Below, piece by piece: positions 57,743 to 64,000 of a stretch of 64,000 nucleotides of DNA; position 1 is the stretch's first letter; the number at the start of each line of letters is the position of its first letter. The stretch comes from Bacillota bacterium (lineage in GTDB: Bacteria; Bacillota; Sulfobacillia; Fermentithermobacillales; Fermentithermobacillaceae), in the NCBI GenBank assembly GCA_012841065.1, contig DUVI01000053.1, positions 43,811 through 107,810 of the forward strand. Reading direction: 5' to 3'. A program made the translations under genes and the position numbers. Under the pieces are notes generated by a model. The model ran no database searches, was not told the origin of the DNA, and saw only the letters and a program-made list of their open reading frames with translations.

Positions 57743-58369
57743 ATGGGGTGGATATTAGGGTACAATAGTCATGAGGTGGCGATTGACGTGGTGCCAAGAG
57801 GTAAAAAACTTGAAGTTTTGCACAATTTCAGCCTCATGGTTATAAGACACCCACTTATCAGTTACTTGATGGGGTTTCTGACCGGACAGGTAGACCGGGT
57901 CCACTTCGTGGCCGACCTCAAAGGAGCTGAGGTGGCGGTGAAGCTCACCATGAGAAGGAAGGCGCTGTGGCCAAATGAGCCTTTCCAGGCAACTGTATCA
58001 GGCGTTTCCATGCCGAACCCTGTGGCTTTTGTGCAAGCGGTGAGCGGCAAACAATCGGATATCTGCGTTATGCTGGATTTCGACAACGCGGAAGACACCC
58101 CGTGGTACCAGGAAGTGCTGCTCCCTGATGTTTCGTACGTGAAAGACACACTGGAAGCAGCCCAAGAGGAATCATCCCGTCTGAAACGGGAGATGGACAG
58201 AGTATTGGACATTTATCGCGAATGCAAAGCTATGCTTAATGCTGCCACCCCTGAGAAGAAAAAGGAAATGGAATTCTACATAGGCGTTGCTGAACAGCAG
58301 CTTAAGCAACTAAGCAGCCAATTGGATGAACTAAACGCAAAAATGAAACAGCTGAGCGACCAAGCATGA
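57743..58369 (+). CDS. Hypothetical protein with C-terminal coiled-coil
   Basis: The 239-aa ORF track start (57650) overlaps the divergent kinase start. ATG 57743 (MGWILGYN...) is more likely. The C-terminal 70 aa is heptad-rich (EQQLKQLSSQLDELNAKMKQL). No recognisable domain. Confidence 0.45.
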   Translation: MGWILGYNSHEVAIDVVPRGKKLEVLHNFSLMVIRHPLISYLMGFLTGQVDRVHFVADLKGAEVAVKLTMRRKALWPNEPFQATVSGVSMPNPVAFVQAVSGKQSDICVMLDFDNAEDTPWYQEVLLPDVSYVKDTLEAAQEESSRLKREMDRVLDIYRECKAMLNAATPEKKKEMEFYIGVAEQQLKQLSSQLDELNAKMKQLSDQA

Positions 58370-58387
58370 CCTGGTCATCCATGGGCT

Positions 58388-58984
58388 CTAGAACTCTATG
58401 CCTTCCCTTGCCGCTATCCCTTCGGTGTAATGATGCTTGACTTGCTTTACTTCAGACACCATATCTGCAATATCCATGATCTCTGCAGGACAGTACCTCC
58501 CGGTAAGCACCACGTCTGTACCCTCAGGTACTCGGGCCAGAAGTGGCTTCACTTGGTCTGGTGAAACCAATCCGCAAGCAAGGGCCACGCAGATTTCGTC
58601 AAGCACCACAAGTCCATACTGCTTTGACTCAAGCGCCTGGGCTGCCCGCTTTAGGCCCTTTTGGGCCAGCTCTTTGTCTATGGGCTCCGGGTTTGAAAAA
58701 TCTACAAACTCTTCCCGACCACACTGCTCTATCTCCAAAAGCGGCAGGTATTTCTCAGCGGCAATCCGTTCGCCATATACGTTACCCTTGCCTTTCATGA
58801 ATTGAAGGACTAACACTCTCCTGCCCCATCCGATTTGCCTGAGCGCCAATCCCAAGGCTGCAGTGGTCTTGCCCTTGCCGTCTCCGGTATAGACCATTAT
58901 CAAACGCTTGCTAGCGTTTTCCAAATTCCACACCTCCTGTCGTTTAGGGTCCCTGCGGATTCTGCCAAATCTGCTTTGCAGCAT
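58388..58984 (-). CDS. cobO: Cob(I)yrinic acid a,c-diamide adenosyltransferase (CobO/BtuR type)
   Basis: P-loop block VYTGDGKGKTTAALGLALR preceded by a basic helix, as in CobO. Start ambiguous between ATG 58984 and ATG 58897. Confidence 0.8.
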   Translation of the reverse strand: MLQSRFGRIRRDPKRQEVWNLENASKRLIMVYTGDGKGKTTAALGLALRQIGWGRRVLVLQFMKGKGNVYGERIAAEKYLPLLEIEQCGREEFVDFSNPEPIDKELAQKGLKRAAQALESKQYGLVVLDEICVALACGLVSPDQVKPLLARVPEGTDVVLTGRYCPAEIMDIADMVSEVKQVKHHYTEGIAAREGIEF

Positions 58985-59168
58985 TAGTACCTGCGCTCTA
59001 TACTGTAAACTAAGGGTGCACAGGTTCATCCACATTCAGCCGGCTTAGACGTATTTTACACTCAAACAGAAGGAATTCGTGCACACTTCCAGGAAATTTA
59101 CTTGAAGCAGGCGTAAATAATCCGAGGTTACTATATAGAACCTTTAGAACCTTGTTGGAGGGTTATCA

Positions 59169-61511
59169 TTGGCGAGACGGAGAAGGACAAGTACCAAGGA
59201 GCCAGAATCAAAACCTACAAGATGGCCGTGGATAGCCAGCCTTGTCTTGGGGGTGTTTTTCGTGACCGCCCTGGGTGTGTCAACTTCCAAGCCCTCAGGG
59301 CACGGATGGGCGATTACGCTGACCCTTTGGATCGCAAGACGCATTGCATCCATAACGGGAGATCTGGCCATGTACTTGTGTTTCCTGATTGTGCTTACGT
59401 CACTTGTCAAGATTGCAAAGCCTGAAGCTACCCTTCCCAGGCCTATTGGCGGGCTTTGGGTGCTCCTCATAGCCTCCTCCACCCTTTGGCACGATATCAA
59501 GATTCCTTGGAACAACACCTTTGAAATGGCCAGGATGGGCGCAGGCGGCGGGCTTATAGGCGCAGCTTTGGATTGGTTCCTGAGAGTATCCCTCGGCAGG
59601 GCCGGGGCCATTGCTGTGATTGCCTTGGGGATGTGGTCAGGGTTTAGCCTGATGCTAAACAAACCCGCCCACACACCGCTTAGTGTGCTGTGGCTGCTGT
59701 GGCTGACCGGCTGGCGCAAAGCACACACATTTTTTGCGGACCTGTTCAGGCCGCAGGGACCTCCCGAAGAAGACATTGAGTATGAGGTCTTGGAGGGTTT
59801 TGGCCGCCGGGCACACGACAGCGGCGACGAATCCCCATTTGAGGAAGCACCGGTGAGCTCGTTTTCAGCTACTGTGTCACAGATACAAGAGCGCCTGTCG
59901 GCCCGGGATAAATCTGATGATCCTGTAGAACAGGCGGCTGCAAATGAATCTGAGGACGAAGACGCATTTATTCCGCCCAGCATTGAACAGCGTCCGCTTA
60001 GCGAAGAGCTGTTTTACGAGTTGCCGCCCCTGTCTCTGCTGGAAAAACCGCAACCAAAGAAGCGTGTGCAGCACTCCCAGGCACTCGAGGAGAAAGCCAA
60101 GATAATCGAGAAGACTTTGCATTCCTTCGGCGTCACTGCCAAAGTAGTGAACTTGGCCAAGGGACCCGCTGCTACCCGATTTGAGTTGCAGCCAGGCCCA
60201 GGAGTGAAGGTGTCCAGCATAGTCAACCTGTCCCAAGACCTGGCCCTTGCCCTGGCTGCTCAAGACGTCCGGATTGAAGCGCCGATTCCGGGGAAGTCAG
60301 CAGTGGGAATCGAAGTGCCAAACAAAGATATATCAATAGTTCACATAAGGGAAGTGCTTGAATCGAAACCGTTCAGAAGCGGCTCTTCCCCTCTGACCAT
60401 AGCTCTTGGCAAAGACATCTCAGGGCGACCTGTGGTAACCACTCTGGAACAATGCGTTCATCTACTCATAGCAGGAGCTACAGGCGCAGGCAAGAGCGTG
60501 TGTATAAATTCATTAATAGCCAGCATATTGTTTAAGGCCCGTCCTGACCAGGTCAAACTTCTGCTCATCGATCCCAAACGTGTGGAGCTTTCTGCATGGT
60601 CCCAAGTGCCACACCTGATTTCACCTGTGGTTACCGATCCGAAAAAAGCTGCGTCAGCCCTTAGATGGGCGATTAAGGAAATGGAATCCCGGTATGAGCA
60701 ATTCACTAAAGTGGGCACCCGTGATGTGGAACGATACAACGAGATAGCCACCCCTCCCGGCAGCGTAAAACCTGCCCTTCCCTACATTGTGATTATCATC
60801 GATGAGCTGTCTGATCTGATGATGGTTGCCCCGGCTGAAGTAGAAGATTCAATTTTCCGCCTTGCGCAAATGGCTAGGGCGGCAGGCATCCACCTGGTGG
60901 TTGCGACCCAGCGGCCCTCTGTGGACGTAATCACCGGTACCATCAAAGCCAACATCCCTTCACGGATTGCGTTTGCAGTATCTTCACAAACAGACTCGAG
61001 GACCATTTTGGACATGGGTGGCGCGGAGAAACTACTGGGCCGCGGCGACATGCTGTTCTTCCCCGTGGGGGCAATCAAGCCCTTGAGGGCACAAGGCTCA
61101 TACATATCCGAGCGGGAGATCGACGAAATAGTGTCGTTTGCATCGGGCCAGGCCAAGCCCCAATTCGCCCAGGGAGTGCTGTCAGCTCCTGAAACTAGCT
61201 CACAGGCACCTCAAGTACAAGATGATCCGTTGTTTGCCCAAGCTCTCAGGATTGTCGTCGAAGCTAAGCAGGCATCTGTTTCACTGCTTCAGCGGAGGCT
61301 CCCCATCGGGTATTCAAGAGCTGCCAGACTGATCGACGCCATGGAACTGAAGGGATACATCGGTCCTTACGAAGGCTCAAAACCCAGGGAAGTCAAGATG
61401 ACCATGAGCGAATACATGCGGCTGTTTGAAAATCAAGGCCAAGAGTACAACACCCAGCCTGAAGCCACAAACGGACCCGGCCAGCCACATCAACAAGGCA
61501 ATAGCCGGTAG
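59169..61511 (+). CDS. ftsK: DNA translocase FtsK/SpoIIIE
   Basis: 780 aa with 4 N-terminal TM helices, a linker, a motor with Walker A (GATGAGKSV) and a gamma (KOPS-binding wHTH) domain at the C-terminus. Confidence 0.95.
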   Translation: MARRRRTSTKEPESKPTRWPWIASLVLGVFFVTALGVSTSKPSGHGWAITLTLWIARRIASITGDLAMYLCFLIVLTSLVKIAKPEATLPRPIGGLWVLLIASSTLWHDIKIPWNNTFEMARMGAGGGLIGAALDWFLRVSLGRAGAIAVIALGMWSGFSLMLNKPAHTPLSVLWLLWLTGWRKAHTFFADLFRPQGPPEEDIEYEVLEGFGRRAHDSGDESPFEEAPVSSFSATVSQIQERLSARDKSDDPVEQAAANESEDEDAFIPPSIEQRPLSEELFYELPPLSLLEKPQPKKRVQHSQALEEKAKIIEKTLHSFGVTAKVVNLAKGPAATRFELQPGPGVKVSSIVNLSQDLALALAAQDVRIEAPIPGKSAVGIEVPNKDISIVHIREVLESKPFRSGSSPLTIALGKDISGRPVVTTLEQCVHLLIAGATGAGKSVCINSLIASILFKARPDQVKLLLIDPKRVELSAWSQVPHLISPVVTDPKKAASALRWAIKEMESRYEQFTKVGTRDVERYNEIATPPGSVKPALPYIVIIIDELSDLMMVAPAEVEDSIFRLAQMARAAGIHLVVATQRPSVDVITGTIKANIPSRIAFAVSSQTDSRTILDMGGAEKLLGRGDMLFFPVGAIKPLRAQGSYISEREIDEIVSFASGQAKPQFAQGVLSAPETSSQAPQVQDDPLFAQALRIVVEAKQASVSLLQRRLPIGYSRAARLIDAMELKGYIGPYEGSKPREVKMTMSEYMRLFENQGQEYNTQPEATNGPGQPHQQGNSR

Positions 61512-61545
61512 CGGCATGTGCAGAGCATAACTGTTATGAGTACTG

Positions 61546-62871
61546 TCATGAGCCTGTCAGGCTCTCGATAAACCCTACCGGGTTGACCAGTCGCGTGTTC
61601 CCTTCAAAGGGAGTGGCTGTATCCCATAGTGCTTCAAGTACCTCTTGCTCGGTTACTTCGGGCTTTACCTGAACTCCCAGGGTTGCCAGGCCGCCAATGT
61701 AACCTGTGGCCCAGCTCAGTGCCCCTGTACCGTAATAAGTATACTCGTCTGCGCCCTGTGAATTCGGTACTGTGACATAATCCACGGGCACAGCCAGTGC
61801 CTCTTCCGATTCATCAAGCACCATGGCCATCCAGTCGTGGAACTTCAAGTAGTCCTGGTATGTGTAGGCGATGCCAATGAAAGTGTCTATGGCTGCGGCC
61901 TGGAGCGAATCCAGCGAATCCTTATACACAAGCAGCTGCTTGAGTATGTACACTGCGTCCTCCCACGAGTCAGCGGATCTGGCCTTGAGCTCCCCGGCGA
62001 TATCGCGTTTGGCACCGGTCCAAGACCACACTTCATAGTTTTCGGGAAGATCCCTGTTAAGGTAAGGCGGGCAGCCTGCACCTGTCACCTCGAGGGCTGA
62101 CATCGCCGGATATATCACAATAATCCCTTGCTGCCTTGCCTTGGTAATCGCTTCAAATAGTTCAGGGGCTCCCTCGGTGAGACGGACGTTCTCTACTCCT
62201 TGGGCAATCACTGCTACGCGGATTTTGTCTTCATCAGGAAGCTCTTGCTGAATCTCAAGCATCTTGTGTATGGCCTCTGCATACTGAAAATACGGGGTTT
62301 CTCCCTCGTGGACCGCGAAGTAATACAAGCCGGCATCCGGAGCTATTCCATCCTTGCCTGCAAAAAGCCCGGCAACATGGGCACCGCGATAAGAAAGCTC
62401 TCCTGTGCCTAAATCATCAGACCCCACTTCTATGTACTTGATGCGGGAACCAAACGCCTCGTGGTCTTGCAGGAGCGGTCTGTCTATCACTGCAACAGAA
62501 ACCCCCTGCCCTGTTATTCCTGTTTGTTTGAGGGCACTCAGCCCCAATCCCAAGTATCTGCCCTGGTTAAGCAGTTTTCCAGGCAGACCCGGCTCGGGGA
62601 GGTTTTCATCATCCGGCCACTGTGTTGCCGTATCAAAGGTGAAAGTGTGGAATATTTCACCGTCACCGGTAAAATCGGCCAAGGGTACATCCAGGCCTCT
62701 CAAGTCGAGAAAGCGGTTAGATCTGATGACCGGTTGAGGAATATCTGAGAACGGATCCTGGCCGCGGTTATCATCCTTTTGCAAATACGAATAAATGTAG
62801 ATCGTAACTAAAGGCCCCACGAGCATAGCTGCCACAAGTAGTAAGACCACCGTCTTCCTCAAAGGATACAC
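61546..62871 (-). CDS. Membrane-anchored subtilase (S8)-like protein with non-canonical Ser motif
   Basis: An N-terminal TM helix, an Asp block (GQGVSVAVIDRPL), a His block (SYRGAHVAG), and then GTGALSWATGY in place of GTSMAAP. Confidence 0.4.
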   Translation of the reverse strand: MYPLRKTVVLLLVAAMLVGPLVTIYIYSYLQKDDNRGQDPFSDIPQPVIRSNRFLDLRGLDVPLADFTGDGEIFHTFTFDTATQWPDDENLPEPGLPGKLLNQGRYLGLGLSALKQTGITGQGVSVAVIDRPLLQDHEAFGSRIKYIEVGSDDLGTGELSYRGAHVAGLFAGKDGIAPDAGLYYFAVHEGETPYFQYAEAIHKMLEIQQELPDEDKIRVAVIAQGVENVRLTEGAPELFEAITKARQQGIIVIYPAMSALEVTGAGCPPYLNRDLPENYEVWSWTGAKRDIAGELKARSADSWEDAVYILKQLLVYKDSLDSLQAAAIDTFIGIAYTYQDYLKFHDWMAMVLDESEEALAVPVDYVTVPNSQGADEYTYYGTGALSWATGYIGGLATLGVQVKPEVTEQEVLEALWDTATPFEGNTRLVNPVGFIESLTGS

Positions 62872-62921
62872 CCCCTTAGAGGCAAGTATAGCACGTTTGC
62901 CTCATCGAGGGTTAGTAATTC

Positions 62922-63329
62922 TCAATATCTTCCATATCTGTAACCAGGGTAGCTGCCTTGTATATCCACAGGAGTGCCCAGAACCACCAGGGGGTATATG
63001 GTTTCCACATGGGCATTGTGCATTCTGATGCATCCATTCGACACATAGTGACCGATGCTCCACGGAGCATTGGTGCCATGGATACCGTAGTCACCCCAGG
63101 GAACATCCAAGCCCATCCAGCGCGAGCCCAATACTTCCCACCAGGGATTCGGATCTTTTTCAACCACGATCCAATTCCCGGCAGGCGTCGGCGTAGAGGG
63201 CTTCCCCAATGCCACTGGATACGGCCCATATACACGGCCTGAATAATAGAAAGTCAGATGTCTGGCAGGTATATCTATGATTATCCTCCCAAGGTTGGGA
63301 GCATATGACCAAGTTTGCGGACGGTACAT
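62922..63329 (-). CDS. L,D-transpeptidase (YkuD domain)
   Basis: 135 aa with catalytic His/Cys in HGTNAPWSIGHYVSNGCIRM. Confidence 0.85.
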   Translation of the reverse strand: MYRPQTWSYAPNLGRIIIDIPARHLTFYYSGRVYGPYPVALGKPSTPTPAGNWIVVEKDPNPWWEVLGSRWMGLDVPWGDYGIHGTNAPWSIGHYVSNGCIRMHNAHVETIYPLVVLGTPVDIQGSYPGYRYGRY

Positions 63330-63471
63330 AGCTCTCCCCCATACATGCGCCTACTGTGAACGCACGGCTGATGTGCTCTCAACGCTTCTCTCCATGCTAT
63401 GCTGTACCGCCGTCAACATGTTACACCCATTGAGTTCAGGCCTCTTGCAAGTAGGCTATCACACATACAGA

Positions 63472-64000
63472 CTAACGCCCGGTCAAAGCCAGAACCAAGA
63501 AACACGTTCCCACTGCCCAGCAGTAGTAGGAGAACTTCCATAATTCGCCTTTACGGACCGTCTTTAGCACGAATCCCAAGGCAAACAGCCCTGTCAGGAA
63601 GGAAATGAAGCACCCTATCAATCCGTGAGGAGTAACCACGGGAACTTGCGCTGCCAAAGCTGAACTCACATCCAAAAGTGCCGACCCAAACACTGCAGGT
63701 AACGACAGCAAGAAGGAAAACCTTGCCGCATCTTCCCTTGACATCCCTGACATAAGTCCGGTGGTTATGGTTAAGCCCGACCGTGATATCCCCGGTATGA
63801 CAGCTATGGCTTGAGATATGCCTACCATAACCGATCTTGAAAACGTAACAGTAGGAAGTGCTTCAGAGAGCCCGGCGATAACCTTGGCCGGCCGGCCGTT
63901 TCTGCGTGTAGTTCGAAGCACACATCCTGTAACGATCAACCCAAGAGAAGCAACCAAGGTGGAGGAAAAAGCAGACTCGACCAGTTCCCCAAGCAGAAGC
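63472..64000 (-). CDS. uppP: Undecaprenyl-diphosphatase UppP/BacA (N-terminally truncated by window edge)
   Basis: C-terminal part carrying the conserved GISRSGLTITTGL and PAVFGSALL blocks. The reading frame continues past position 64000. Confidence 0.85.
   Translation of the reverse strand, partial: LLLGELVESAFSSTLVASLGLIVTGCVLRTTRRNGRPAKVIAGLSEALPTVTFSRSVMVGISQAIAVIPGISRSGLTITTGLMSGMSREDAARFSFLLSLPAVFGSALLDVSSALAAQVPVVTPHGLIGCFISFLTGLFALGFVLKTVRKGELWKFSYYCWAVGTCFLVLALTGR

Overview
This 64 kb window is a chromosomal segment from an endospore-forming Firmicute, probably a clostridial-type organism, with about 53% GC and dense coding on both strands. Housekeeping backbone: the end of the flagellar hook-basal-body operon (fliG partial, fliF, fliE, flgC, flgB), then codY-hslU-hslV-xerC, topA, dprA, rnhB, yraN-comM, trpS, alaS-proS, metNIQ, dinB, ftsK/spoIIIE and uppP. 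Sporulation/germination genes are interleaved with these: a gerABC-type germinant receptor operon, pro-sigma-K (uninterrupted), a SpoVD-like class B PBP, a CotF-like coat protein with internal tandem repeats, and sleB-ypeB. Other content includes a sugar-nucleotide/glycosyltransferase cluster (galU, GT4, glgA, galT), two paralogous aldo-keto-reductase/ferredoxin fusions, an archaeal-type fructose-1,6-bisphosphate aldolase/phosphatase, a rhomboid protease, and an AtoSC-like two-component system driving a CoA-transferase/thiolase operon from a recognisable sigma-54 promoter. Two riboswitches not visible in the ORF track can be read directly from the sequence. The first is a class I c-di-GMP (GEMM) aptamer plus intrinsic terminator in the codY-flgB spacer, in the same window as a membrane GGDEF cyclase. 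The second is a SAM-I (S-box) riboswitch plus terminator in front of metNIQ. The most unusual protein-level items are a tightly packed yqeG / degenerate-PilT ATPase / atypical-receiver LuxR regulator gene triplet beside sigK, a RuvX-DUF1292 fusion, and a membrane TPR protein with a CofE-like C-terminal domain overlapping the SpoVD-like PBP. No CRISPR array, tRNA/rRNA gene or clear mobile element was found.
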